From contig NC_086108.1 of the NCBI RefSeq assembly GCF_963921235.1, forward strand, positions 112,718,001 to 112,782,000: 64,000 bases of DNA. The letters run 5' to 3'. The position numbers and the translations under genes are program-made. Shown here piece after piece: positions 38,831-51,769 of the stretch. Origin of the DNA: Mobula hypostoma. Taxonomy: Eukaryota. Under the pieces are notes generated by a model. The model was given only the letters and a program-made list of their open reading frames with translations, had not been told where the DNA came from and searched no databases. How positions within the stretch are numbered: the stretch's first letter is position 1; every line of letters starts with the position of its first letter.

Positions 38831-41800
38831 TTCCTTTGTGATCAATGATTTAGCGATTAACGTGGTGTTTCTAATCCCTGTCCCAACTGATGTGATTGAA
38901 TCTGAATCGGGTTTACTATCACTGGTTTTGTGTATTATCACCTGAAATTTGTTTTGTGGCAGCAGTACAGTGCAATACGTTTTAAAAAGACTTAAGTTGT
39001 CCGTTGTATCCGACGGTTAGAATATTGAGGGATGATCTTATTGAAACGTATAAAATTCTAAAGGGATTGGACAGGCTAGATGCAGGAAGATTGTTCCCGA
39101 TGTTGGGGAAGTCCAGAACGAGGGGTCACAGTTTGAGGATAAAGGGGAAGCCTTTTAGGACTGAGATGAGGAAAAACTTCTTCACACAGAGAGTGGTGAA
39201 TCTGTGGTATTCTCTGCCACAGGAAACTGTTGAGGCCAGTTCATTGGCTATATTTAAGAGGGAGTTAGATATGGCCCTTGTGGCTAAAGGGATCAGGGGG
39301 TATGAGGGAAGGCTGGTACAGGGTTCTGAGTTGGATGTCTACTGAATGGCAGTGCAGGCTCGAAGGGCCGAATGACCTACTCCTGCACCTATTTTCTATG
39401 TTTCTATGTGACAGGAAACCTGTGCAGAGTTTTTAAAATGGAAAAGCGTTACACTGGGGCAGTTCCATTCTCTTGACCTCCAAAGTCCAGGTCCACTGGT
39501 ATGAACAGCGTCATAACTGGGGTCTTCCTTGGTTGCAGTGGGTGACCGCGACTTCCTGTGCTGTCTGCCGAGCGTTGCACTATTAACTTCCTGGCCTTTG
39601 GGTCTCTCTGTAGATCTCATCTGCCTGTCTGCTGGTGCTGACTTTGCCTGCTAGGACAGGCATGTCCCCATCTCAACCGGGCATGAAGCCTGCCAGCTCT
39701 CCTCACCTGGTTTAGCCCGCCTGTTGAAGCGGTGAACCAGGATGTGGCCACTGTCATATGCAAACAGCTACTTGGAGCCACAGGTGAGGATCTGAGTGTC
39801 GGCTGGGGACAGAAGGTGAGTGAGCTACCCCAGAATGGACACAACATGCCCCTTTACCAGTGGTGTTACCCCTCCCTAGACACTCCATACACCCCACTCT
39901 TCTGTTCGTTATGTGCTGCCTCATATGATGAGGGCAATCACAGTCTTTCCAGGACCGTGATTGTTCTTGGCGAACTTTTCTGTAGAAGTGGTTTGCCATT
40001 GCCACCTTCTGGGCAGTGTCTTTACAAGACGGGTGACCCCAGCCAATATCAATAATCTTCAGAGATTGTCTGCCTGGCGTCAGTGGTCGCATAACCAGGA
40101 CTTGTGATGTGCAACAGCTGCTCATAGGACCATCCACCACCTGCTCCCATGGCTTCAGGTGACCCTGATCAGGGGGCTGAGCAGATGCTGCACCTCGCCC
40201 AAGGGTGACCTGTAGGCCAGAGGAGGGAAGGAGCACCTTGCATCTCCTTTGGTAGAGACGTATCTCCAACCTGTCACCCAACTATTTATAAGCTATTTAG
40301 AATATGATTCAAAATGTGAAATGTGAATCAACTGTTCAATTTACACCTCTTCTTTCAGACTTTGCAGGGTAAATTTGCAATGAGGAATGATGTGAGGGAA
40401 ATGTAATTTCAGTAAGAAAGTGATAGTGCTGAATTTCAAGCCTTGTGTCTTTTCTTGCTAAACTGTTCGAATCCATCTCCATTCATTTCTGTTGATGATA
40501 TCAAGTCTTTACGGCTACGATAGGAAACTTTGTTACATGGTGTGAGCAGAATTATCTGCAGCTTAATGTGAAAAAGACTAAGGAGCTGGTGGTAGACCTG
40601 AGGAGAGCTAAGGTACCGGTGACCCCTGTTTCCATCCAGGGGGTCAATGTGGACATGGTGGAGGATTACAAATACCTGGGGATATGAATTGACAATAAAC
40701 TGGACTGGTCAAAGAACACTGAGGCTGTCTACAAGAAGGGACAGAGCCGTCTCTATTTCCTGAGGAGACTGAGGTCCTTTAACATCTGCCGGACGATGCT
40801 GAGGATGTTCTACGAGTCTGTGGTGGCCAGTGCTATCATGTTTGCTGTTGTGTGCTGGGGCAGCAGGCTGAGGGTAGCAGACACCAACAGAATCAACAAA
40901 CTCATCCGTAAGGCCAGTGATGTTGTGGGGATGGAACTGGACTCTCTGACGGTGGTGTCTGAAAAGAGGATGCTGTCCAAGTTGCATGCCATCTTGGACA
41001 ATGTCTCCCATCCACTACATAATGTACTGGTTGGGCAGAGGAGTACATTCAGCCAGAGACTCATTCCACCGAGATGCAGCACAGAGCATCATAGGAAGTC
41101 ATTCCTGCCTGTGGCCATCAAACTTTACAACTCCTCCCTTGGAGGGTCAGACACCCTGAGCCAATAGGGTGGTCCTGGACTTATTTCCTGGCATAATTTA
41201 CATATTACTATTTAACTATTTATGGTTTATTACTATTTAATTATGGTTTTATTACTATATTATTTATGGTGCAACTGTAATGAAAACCAATTTCCCCCGG
41301 GATCAATAAAAGTATAACTATGACTCGTTCCAGTTCGAGTGCCCATTCTCATGTTTTCAATTAGGTTTAATATCACTGGCATATTTTGTGAAAATTGTTG
41401 TTTTGTGGCTGTAATACTTTGCAATACATTTATAAAAATATAAGTTATATGTAATATATAAAAAAGAAAATTAAATAAGCAGTACAAGAAGAGAGGGAAA
41501 ATAGTGAGGTAGTATACACGGGTTCATTGCCTTTTCGGAAATTTGAGGGGAAGAAACTGTTCCTAAAGTCTTGAGTGTGTGTCTTCAGGCTCCTTTATCT
41601 CCTCCTTGATGTAGATGTGATCTGCCCAGTCCATCCGTGAAAAGTAGGTCATGTCCTGGGTGATGGGGGGTGGCAGTTCTTAATGGTGGACGCTGCCTTT
41701 TCGAGAATTCAAAGTATATTTATTATCAAATATGCATGCAGTATACAACCCTGAGATTCATCTTCCCACAAACTGCCACAAAAGAAAGAAACTGAAACCT

Positions 41801-44800
41801 GTTCAAAGAAAACATCAAACACCCACCGTACAAACAAATCACACAAACAGTAAAAAAAAGAGTTTGAAAGACAGAGAATATAAAACCTCAAAACAGTTTA
41901 GGAATGTTCAGTTCAGTTCAGTTTAGCGCTGTCTTGTTCGATGACTGCGCCCCACCCCGATCAAAATTGCACAAAATAGCAATAAACAAAGGGTAATCAG
42001 AAATAAATCATAATATGAATGATAGAGTCCAGTCCACAAACCGCATCAGTTAAATCTTACCAACACTGTGGGAGTGTTGAGCAAGAGGGAGAAGGAGAGA
42101 GAGAGACCGATCAAACGCAGGCCCCCTACTCCAGGTGCAGTGAGGAAGAGCTTTCTGAAGGACGTTGCTTTTGGTCGATTTGCTTGCTGGCATCATCGCC
42201 TTCCTCCAGAAGATGTCCTTGGTGCTGGGGAGGCTGGTGCCCATGATGGAGCTGGCTGAGTTCACAACTCTCTGCAGCTTTTTCCAGTCCTGTGTAGTGG
42301 CCCCCACCCCTCCGTACCAGATGGTGATGCTGCCAGTTAGAATGCTCTCCACAGTAATCTGTAGAAACTTGGTGACATACCAAATCTCCTCAAGCTCCTC
42401 TTTGTAATTCAATCAACATGTTGGGGCCAGGATGGATCCTGAGCGATGTTGATATCCAGGAACGCAAGTCCGGAAATTTATTGCGTTGAGACAGCAATGC
42501 AGCACAATACATTTAAAAAAACACAGTTATTTAAAAATATGGTTAGCCTTCCAATTTCCACCTTGTATTTCAGGTCTAACAGGGTAAATTTATATTATAA
42601 AATTGTGCAAGGAAGATGTAATTTCAACAGGAAAGTACAAAGTTTCAAGCCTCGTCTTTTGTTGCAAAACTGCTCAAATTTGGGTCCATACAGTTCTCGG
42701 TTCATGTTGTCGAATATTTAGTCCAACGTTCTGGTTTGAGTACCCAGTGCCCACTCTCGTATTCTGTGTTCCAGTGTTCCAGCTTTTGAAGAAACATATA
42801 TGTGAACATTTTTTCAACTATGTCAGGTGCTTAAAATTTTCCCTCTGCCCAATATTCAAATGTTTTCAACTTAATCCGCCCAAGGAATATCTCAAGTTCA
42901 GGTTTAATTGTTATTTAACCTTGTACATGAATATAGCTGAACAAAGCAGTGCTCCTCCTAGGCAGGGGTTCCCAACCTTCGTTATGTCACTGGCCCCTAC
43001 ATGGCCACCTTTTGATGGCAAAAGAAGTACCAACAGCACACAGTGCATATCATTATGATAGCAGAATAATATAGGAAATAATATAACCCAATCACAAACA
43101 ACAGAAAATCTGCAGATGCTGGAAATCCAAGCAACACACACAAAATGCTGGAGGAACTCAGCAGGTCAGGCAGCATCTAGGAAAAGAGTACAGTCGACGT
43201 TTTGGACCAAAACCCTTCGGCAGGACTTGGCCCGAAACATTGACTGTACTCTTTTCCTCAATACTGCCTGGCCTGCTGAGTTCCTCCAGCATTTTGTGTG
43301 TGTTGTAATAATATGACCCAAGATCCTGGGTTTCATGGCCTGTAGATTGATTTGCAAGAAAAAGCACGCAGCAATTCCTCTTTTAGAACGGAGATGAGGA
43401 GGAATTTCTTTAGCCAGAGGGTGGTGAATCTGCGGAATTCATTGCCACAGGCAGCTGTGGAGGTCAAGTCATTGGGTGTATTTAAGGCAGAGGTTGATGG
43501 ATCTTTCATTGTTTAGGGCAGAAAGATGTATGGGGGGAGACAGGAGACTGGGACAGAGAGGAAGAGTTGGATCATCCATGATGAAATGGCAGAACAGACT
43601 CAATGGGCCGAATGGCCTAATTCTGCTCCTATAGCCTACGGTCTTGCAGGCAGCGAGGGTATTTGGAGCCCAAGCTTACAGCTGACGCTGCAGAGTGCTA
43701 CACTACTCATAAGTCACCAGGCCCACTGATACTAAACTTTAAACCATCTTCACAGCAATGTCATACAAGCCATTGTTCATGATAAACACTTGCTGAAGCC
43801 TCCATGGGTCGATGTCGACCATGGGTGTTGCATTCTTGTTGTCTAGATGACACAACCCACGGCAGTACAATGTGGAGAGCAAGCTGTTGTCCATGTAGCA
43901 AGCTCCCCTTCTCCACGCTGCTACTGAATCTAAAGCAACGGCAGAGACTGATACAGTTTGGCACCAGTGACGTCGCAGGAGTTGCCAGTCAGCATTGGGC
44001 TCAATGTAGGACTGCCTTAGGGACTCCAGATCTGAATTTTTCCTCTGGGTTTACTCCCAAAGCCTCCCCCATGAGTGAGTATAGCCACAGGGCAGCAGAG
44101 ATTTGAGATCAAAGTTTTCCTTCTTCTGGATGAGCTGCCAATCACGGCTGACAAGTCCCATCTACCCAGAGCGACTGGTTTTATGGCGCCAGTAACCCAC
44201 CCACTAACCCTTCTCCAGTCAGTGGAAATGGTTCTGTTGGGTTTAGTAGCTAGGCCAGGAGCTGGAATCGGTTGTCAGAGTTTATTTGAGATTTGTGCCA
44301 CTGGGAGCATTTAATAGGTAATGGGAGCTTATCCCCACTACCCTCCCCACCCCACCCCCAGCTGTGACAATCTTAAGGAGCCCTCTAAATTTCATGCGTA
44401 TCAATATTCACTAGTTAGCACAGGTGCTAACCTCCCTGCCCTACTCGCTTTACACATGACTTATTTTTTACTTCGTTTCTCTTTTGTATTTGCATGTTTT
44501 GTATGCGGGTTGTCTTGCTTGTCCTGTTGGGTGTGATCTTTCATTGATTCTATTGTGTTTCCTGTATTTACTGTGAATGTCGACAAGAAAGTGAGTCTCA
44601 GGGTAATATAGCGTGACTATGTCCTCTGATCAATAATTTGAACTTCGAATACTAAAGCAGCACACAGAACGTGCTGGAGGGACTCAGCTGCTCAGCAGCA
44701 TCTGTGGAGAGGAATAAAGAGTCGATGTTTTGGGCGGACACCCTTCATCAGGGCTGGAAGGAAAGTGGGGAGAAGCCAGAATAAGGAAGTGAATACTAAG

Positions 44801-45249
44801 GATATTTTAGTAAATGCTGAATAATCTTCCTTTTGAATTTGTAGAATTCAGTATGTTGATTCAATCTCTATTTGCATTTTCATGCTTCCAATTTGGGGTT
44901 GAACAAGCTCTTCAACATCTTTGCAACACTCACAACACGCTGGAGGAACTCAGCAGGCCGGGCAGCATCCGTGGAAACGATCAGTCGACATTTCGGGCCG
45001 GAACCCTTCGTCAGGACTGTAGAGGGAAGGAGCAGAGGCCCTATAAAGAAGGTGGGGGGAGGGTGGGACGGAGAAGGCTGGTAGGTTCCAGGTGAAAAAC
45101 CAGTAAGGGAAAAGATAAAGGGGTGGGAAAGGGGAAGCAGGGAGGTGACAGGCAGGAAAGGTGAAGAAGGAATAGGGGAAAACACAATGGGTAGTAGAAG
45201 GAGGCGGAACCATGAGGGAGGTGATAGGCAGCTGGGGGAGGGGGCAGAG
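38829..45249 (-). repeat. Right (derived) arm of the inverted duplication, upstream of ddah1
   Basis: Begins ATTTCCTTTGTGATCAATG (reverse complement of 20294-20312), truncating a CR1 RT frame. Ends within a Penelope 3' region. Confidence 0.97.
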
Positions 45250-46239
45250 TGAAATAGGGATAGGAGAAGGGAGGGGGGGGGGAATTACCAGAAGTTGGAG
45301 AATTCTATGTTCACACCAAGGGACTGGAGACTACCTAGACGGTATATGAGGTGTTGCTCCTCCAACCTGAGTTTAGCCTCATCATGGCAGTAGAGGAGGC
45401 CATGTATGGACACATCCGAATGGGAATGGGAAGCAGAGTTGAAGTGGGTGGCTACTGGGAGATCCTGTCTGTTGTGGTGGACGGAGCGGAGGTGGTCGAC
45501 GAAGCGGTCCCCCAATCTGCGTTGGGTTTCACCGATGTAGAGGAGGCCACACCGGGAGCACCGGATGCAATAGATGACCCCAACAGACTCACAAGTGAAG
45601 TGTTGCCTCACCTGGAAGGACTGTTTGGGGTCTTGAATGGTGGCAAGAGAGGAGGTGTAGGGACAGGTGTAGCACTTACGCTTACAGGGATAAGTGCCAG
45701 GTGGGAGATCCGTGGGGAGGGACGTGTGGATCAGGGATTCGCAGAGGGAACGATCCCTGCGGAAAGCAGAGAGTGGTGGAGAGAGAAAGATGTGCTTAGT
45801 GGTGGGGTCCTGTTGAAGGTGGCGGAAGTTGCGGAGGATAATGTGCTGGATCCGGAGGCTAGTGGGGTGGTAGGTGAGGACAAGGAGAACTCTGTCCCTG
45901 TTGTGGTTGCGGGAGGATGGGGTGAGAGCCGAAGTGCGGGAAATGGAGGAGATGCGGGTGAGGGCATCATTGATGACGGCAGAAGGGAAACCACGATCCT
46001 TAAAGAAAGAGGACATTTGAGATGTCCTGGAACGGAAAGCCTCATCCTGGGAGCAGATGTGGTGGAGACGGAGGAACTGGGAATAGGGAATGGAATTTTT
46101 GCATGTGGCAGGGTGGGAAGAGGTATAGTCGAGGTAGTTATGAGAGTCAGTGGGCTTGTAGAAGATGTCAGTGGACAGTCTGTCTCCAGAGATGGAGTCT
46201 GGGAGATCGAGAAAGGGGAGAGAAGTGTCCGAGATAGAC
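44924..46239 (-). mobile_element. Penelope-like element (RT thumb to GIY-YIG to pLTR), 5'-truncated
   Basis: ORF 45285..46418- contains SISDTSLPFLD, STDIFYKPTDSHNYLDYTSSHP, IPYSQFLRL, CESVGVIYCIRCSRCGLLYIGET and LGVNIEFSNFW. Confidence 0.93.
44982..45019 (-). ncRNA. Hammerhead ribozyme motif (mirror copy in right arm)
   Basis: Exact reverse complement of 14109-14146. Confidence 0.8.
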
Positions 46240-46244
46240 TCGAG

Positions 46245-47440
46245 AAAGGGGTCGGTGTTGGAACCACTTCTTTTTATGCTGTATATCAATGACTTAGATG
46301 ATGGACTAGGTGGCTTTGTTGCTAAATTTGGAGATGATACTGTTACGAGAATACACATAAAATTAAGATGTTTGCTGGCCTGGGTTAGCATCGGTGACAT
46401 CAGCAGTTGGTCTGCCACCTGCCCTCAGGGGAAGGAGAGATAAGGAACAATGGAGCAGCGTCTGGAGATGTGTAATGAAGGGATGTGGGAGAGAGAGAGC
46501 TGTCTGGAGCGGCTCCCCCTTTGAACCCTGAGCTGTTTGAAGTGATGGACAGGCGATACCCCAGCAGGGGGATAAAAAGGGACAGGTTTGCTAAGACAGA
46601 CACACGCCACCCGAGGTAACGAGACCCTGGAAGCGGTGCGCCTCTCACGAGTGGGTGAGAAGTACCAGATAACGACAAGGGTGGAAAGGTACGATCAGCG
46701 GGAACCCGGTGTGTGTCCGCCCTTGCCTGGGTGCCGAGTTCACTGCAGAGGATCGACCGCATCTGGAGGAGGGGTCACAGTCGGTGACCTCAGGTGACAT
46801 CACCAAGGACCCGCCCAAAAGTTGCTTGTGAGCAATCTCGCTGGTCTGTGAGTGAAGCAGTGTTCTGAATGATCAGTTGTTCCTGTTCCCTCTCTCTCTC
46901 CCCCCACGTTGTCCCTCGCCATGGCAACGATTACTGCGAACTGAACTGGACTGAACTTTGAGTCATTTTGAAATTTGGTCATTTACCCCCTAGACAACGA
47001 TAGAGCTTGATTGATGCTGTTATCTTAATTCTGTGCACATGTGTGGTTATCATTGTTGAACTGTTGCATTTATTATCCTTTCGATTACTGTGTTGCTTGT
47101 TTCTTTAATAAAACTTTCTTAGTTCTAGTACTCCAGACTCCAACTGAGTGATCCTTTTCTGCTGGTTTGGCAACCCAGTTACGGGGTACGTAACAATACG
47201 AAGATTGGTGGAGGGGCGGGTAGTGTTGAGGAAACAGGATGCAGAAGGACTTAGACAGATAAGGAGAATGGGCAAGAAAGTGGCAAACGAAATACAATGT
47301 TGGAAAATGCATGGTCATGCACTTCGGTAGTAGAAATAAATGTGGAGACTATTTTCTAAACAGTTAGAAAATCCAGAAATCTGAGATGCAAAGGGACTTG
47401 GGAGTCCTTGCACAGAACACCCTGAATGTTAATTTGCAGC
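46245..47440 (+). mobile_element. Continuation of the CR1 RT, split by a solo LTR
   Basis: GSVLEPLLFMLYINDLDDGLGGFVAKFGDDT | (LTR) | KIGG, then decayed GEWARKW and KCMVMHFG. Confidence 0.88.
46341..47195 (+). mobile_element. Solo LTR (855 bp)
   Basis: Termini TGTTACG...CGTAACA. 4-bp TSD ATAC (46337-46340, 47196-47199). AATAAA near 47107. No internal coding sequence. Confidence 0.9.
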
Positions 47441-47868
47441 AACACTTTCAGTACGCTGGATGAACTCAGCAGGTTGGGCAGCATCAGTCAGAAACGATGA
47501 GTCGACGTTTCGGGCCGGAACCCTTCGTCAGGACTGAAGAATGAAAGATGGGGAAGGATTTGAAGAATGCTTGTAGCTTCAGTTGAAAGACCAGTAATTT
47601 GAAAGACAAAGGGGTGGGGGAGGGGAAGCATTGACGTCATAGCCCTGAAAACAATGGGTAGTAGAAGAAGGAGGCGGAACCATGAGGGAGCTGGGGGAGG
47701 GGGTAGAGTGAAATAGGGATAGAGGAAGGGAGGGGGAAGGAATTACTGAAAGTTGGAGAATTCTATGTTCATACCAAGGGTCTGGAGACTACCTAGACGG
47801 TATATGAGGTGTTGCTCCTCCAACTTGAGTTTAGCCTCATCGTGGCAGTAGAGGAGGCCATGTATGGT
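47441..47868 (-). mobile_element. Penelope-like 3' fragment (different subfamily)
   Basis: Encodes IHGLLYCHDEAKLKLEEQHLIYRLGSLQTLGMNIEFSNF, followed by a pLTR with a hammerhead motif. Confidence 0.9.
47500..47536 (-). ncRNA. Hammerhead ribozyme motif with intact core
   Basis: Minus strand reads CAGTC CTGACGA AGGGTTCCGGCCC GAAAC GTC GACT. Confidence 0.82.
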
Positions 47869-47869
47869 C

Positions 47870-50800
47870 TTCTTCCTGGTTACCTTCTCAGTTATAATTT
47901 TCACTGCACATACTTCACTTCCCTGACACTCTTGTATGTCCGGTATACTGCAAATGTTTTCCACTGTGAAGACTGATGCAAAATACGCATTCAGTTCCTC
48001 TGCTATCTCTGTATCTCTCATTACAAATTCTCCAGCAACATATTTTATTGGTCCTATATCTACCGTCAACTCTCCTTTGCCCTTTACATACTTAAAAAAA
48101 CTTTTAGTATTTTCTTTGATGTTAGTCGCCAATTTCCTTTCATAATTCATCTTTTCCTTCCTAATGACCTTCTTAGTTTCCTTCTGCAAGCTCCCCAATC
48201 CTCTATCTTCCCACCAGCTCTGGCTTCCTTGTATGTCCTCTCTTTTGTTTTTACTTTGGCTCTGACTTCACTTGTCAGCCACGGTATTGTCCTTCTTCCA
48301 TTTGAAATTTTTTTTTTATTTGGAATATATCTGTCTTGCATTACGAACTTCAGATTTTAAAATACTTGGACCTTCGATGTTTTTCTTAATTTCTGATTTT
48401 TCACCTCGATCGTCTTCAAACAATTCCTGAATATACTCAGTCCACCTGTTCATAATCTCATCGAATAAAGTGAGGAAAGGAAAGGCAGCAGGTCCTGATG
48501 AATTAGTAACAGAACAAATTATCGCCCTTGAAGATTATGGAATTGAAAAACTTACTGATTTAATCAATGACATTGATGAGACTGGAATAATGCCAGAAGA
48601 GATTAAAAAAATCAGTATTTATACTTATACTATATTGTCGCCAAACAATTGATACTAGAATGTACAATCATCACAGCGATATTTGATTCTGCGCTTCGCG
48701 CTCCCTGGATTACAAATCGATAGTAAATATTAAAAATTTAAATTATAAATCATGAATAGAAAATAAAAAATGCAAAGTAAGGTAGTGCAAAAAACCGAGA
48801 GGCAGGTCCGGATATTTGGAGGGTACGGCCCAGATCCGGGTCAGGATCCGTTCAGCTGTCTTATCACAATTGGAAAGAAGCTGTTCCCAAATCTGGCCGT
48901 ACGAGTCTTCAAGCTCCTGAGCCTTCTCCCAGAGGGAAGAGGGACGAAAAGTGTGTTGGCTGAGTGGGTCGTGTCCTTGATTATCCTGAGTATTTATCAC
49001 TCTTCCTAAGAAAGCTGAAGCAATAGAATGTGAATTACATAGGACCATAAGTTTAATGAGTCATATCACCAAGATACTTCTAAGAATTTTGAGGACAAGA
49101 GCTAAAAGTAAGATACAAGCTGAAATAGGTAAAAAACAATGTGGTTTTGTGAAAGACAAAGGTACAAGAAACACAATATTTATGTTAAGGATACTATCAG
49201 AACAAGCTATTCAAGTGCAAAAATATTTGTTTGTTTCCTCGTGTTTGTTTTATCGACTACACAAAAGCATTTGATAAAGTGAAGCACAGTAAGTTATTTG
49301 AAATATTACAGAAAACTCTAGATCTAGATTCGAAAGACCTCCACCTAATCAGAAATCTGTACTGGGAATAAACTGCCGCTGTAAGAATAGATGGAGAAGT
49401 GAGTCAGTTTATGAAAATTAAGAGAGGTGTTAGACAAGTGTGTGTTTTCCCTCCGATTTATTAAATGTGTCCAGTGAAACAATATTACAAAAAATAAGAC
49501 ACATCTTGGGAATTAAAGTTGGCGGTGAAAACATCAATAATTTCAGATATGCGAATGACACCGTGTTAATTGCAAGTACGGAGGAAGAACTACAAAATTT
49601 AATTGATATAATTGTTGAAGAAAGTGCAAAAATGGGTCTATCAATTGCAAAAAGACAGAATGTATGGTGATATCCAAAAAGAAGGAGAATCCTATCTGCA
49701 GGCTGAGAATAAATAGGGAAGGAGAATCCTATCTGCAGGCTGAGAATAAATAGGGAAGACATAAAACAAGTACAGAACTTTTGCTACCTAGGAAGCTGGG
49801 TGACATCAGATGGCAGGTGCGACATGGACACAAAAGAAGAATAGGGATGCCAAAAGACACCTTTATGAGAATGAAGAGTATACTGACCAACACTAAACTA
49901 GGCATGACAGCCCGCCTCAGAGTACTGAAATGTTATATTTGTCCGGTTATATTACATGGCTCAGAATGTTGGACAATACCTAGAAGCATGAGGACATGAA
50001 TTGTAGCAGCAGAAATGTGATTTTTGAGGAGGATGCAGAGATTCATGGACGAAACGAATATCTAACGAGGATGTCATGAACAGAGCAAAGACAAAAAGAG
50101 AAATAATGTATGATATCATGAAAAGGCAATGTAACTTCATTGGACATGTGGTTAGGAAAGAGGAGTTAGAATGCACAGTAATTATGGGAAAGATTGAAGG
50201 GAAGAAAGCAAGAGGAAGACAAAGACAAATGATGATGGAGACAGCAGCCGGAGAACTGGAAATGAATACCAATGAATTGATCCACTTGACCCGAAACAGG
50301 AGTGTGTGGGCCATGGCAGTCAAAGCTCAAACTGGGCCCGGCACCTGATGATGATGACCTGTCTTGCACTTCCCTCATTTTTCACAGAAACTCCAGCCAT
50401 TGCTGCTCTTCTGTCCTTCCTGCTAGTGTCCCTTTCCAGTCAACTTTGGCCAGTTCCCTCTCATGCCATTGTATTTTCCTTTATTCCACTGAAATACTGA
50501 CACTTTGGAATTTAGTTTCTCCTTCTGAAATATCAAAGTGAACTTGATCATATTGTGATCACTGTTCCCTAAGTGTTCCCTAACCTTAAGCTCTCGTATC
50601 ACCTCTGGATCATTGCACAACACCCAATCCAACACAGCTGATCCCCTAGTGGGCTCAACAACAAGCTGTTCTAAAAACCCATTCCTTAGATATTCTACAA
50701 ATTCTCTCTCTTGAGTACTGACCCTAGTTTCCCAATCCACTTTCATGTTAAAATCCCCAGCGATTATCATTAAATTGCCCTTCTGACACACCTTTTCTAT

Positions 50801-51320
50801 CTCCTGCTGTAATTTGTAATCCACATCCCGGCTGCTGTTTGGAGGCCTGTATACAACTGCCATTAGGGTCCTTTTACCCTTGCCATTTCTTAACTCAACC
50901 CATACAGACTCTACACCTTTCGATCGTATGTCATCCCTTTCTAATGATTTAATATTATCTTTTATACACAGGGCTATACCACCCCCTCTGCCAACTAACC
51001 TATCTTTCCAATACACCATATATCCTTGGAAGCCATCCTTCAGCCAAGTTTCAGAGATGGCCACAACATCAAACTTGCCAATCTGTAGCTGAATTTCAAG
51101 ATTGTCCATTTTATTTCTTATGCTGCATGCATTCAAGTATAACACTTTCAGTCCAATATTTGTTTCTTTCTGTTGTAAATTATCCCACTGGCTGTGATTA
51201 TGCCTCATCTCCTGCCTTTCATTCCTATCAGCTCCGTTGCACGCTATCTTTGATTTATTTCTGTTTTCCCCTTCCTCAGTGCTATCACTCTGGTTCCCAT
51301 CCCCCCTGCCAAATCAGTCT
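47870..51320 (-). mobile_element. CR1 LINE ORF2 APE/linker region, interrupted by the RTE insertion
   Basis: ORF 50423..51208- has LYLNACSIRNK, DVVAISETWL, IAGDFN and HLGNSDHN. Continues left of the RTE (NYERKLATNIKENTKSFFKYVK). Confidence 0.9.
48341..50358 (+). mobile_element. RTE-clade LINE, 5'-truncated with 5' inversion; contains a nested Rex1-type fragment (~48620-48990, minus)
   Basis: KGKAAGPDELVTEQI, QCGFVKDKGTRNTIF, INNFRYANDTVLIA, GKIEGKKARGRQR. (TGA)n tail. 10-bp TSD CTGTCTTGCA (48331-48340, 50359-50368). Confidence 0.92.
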
Positions 51321-51329
51321 AACCACCTC

Positions 51330-51655
51330 ATTTCTGGAATAAACCTGGTGAACCTCCTCTGCACCGACTGCAAAGCCAGAATACCCCTTCTCAAGTAAGG
51401 AGACCAGAACTGCACACAGTGCTCCAGGTGTGGCCTCACCAGTACCCTGTACAGTTGCAGCATAACCTCCCTGCTCTTAAATCAATCCCTCTAGTAATGA
51501 AGGCCAACATTTCATTTCTCTTCTTGATAGCCTGCTGCACCTACTGATCAACCTTTTGTGATTCGTGCACAAACATTCCCAAGTCCCTCTGCACAACAGC
51601 ATACTGCAATTTTTACCATTTAAATAATAATCTAAGTGGATGACCTCACATTTAC
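51330..51655 (-). mobile_element. CR1 RT 3' fragment
   Basis: Homologous to the CR1 YRVLVRPHLEYCVQFWSP region at 57084-57317. Confidence 0.8.
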
Positions 51656-51769
51656 TAATCAGAATCAGGTTTATTATCACCAGCATGTGATGTAAAATTT
51701 GTTAATTTAGCAGCAGCAATTCAATGCAATACATAATGTAGAAGAAAAATAAACAAATAAATAAATAAA

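Noticed and set aside
45285..46418. 377-aa ORF as an intact gene
   Set aside because: It is a chimera: the start lies in a solo LTR and antisense CR1, fused in frame to a 5'-truncated Penelope lacking the RT catalytic core.
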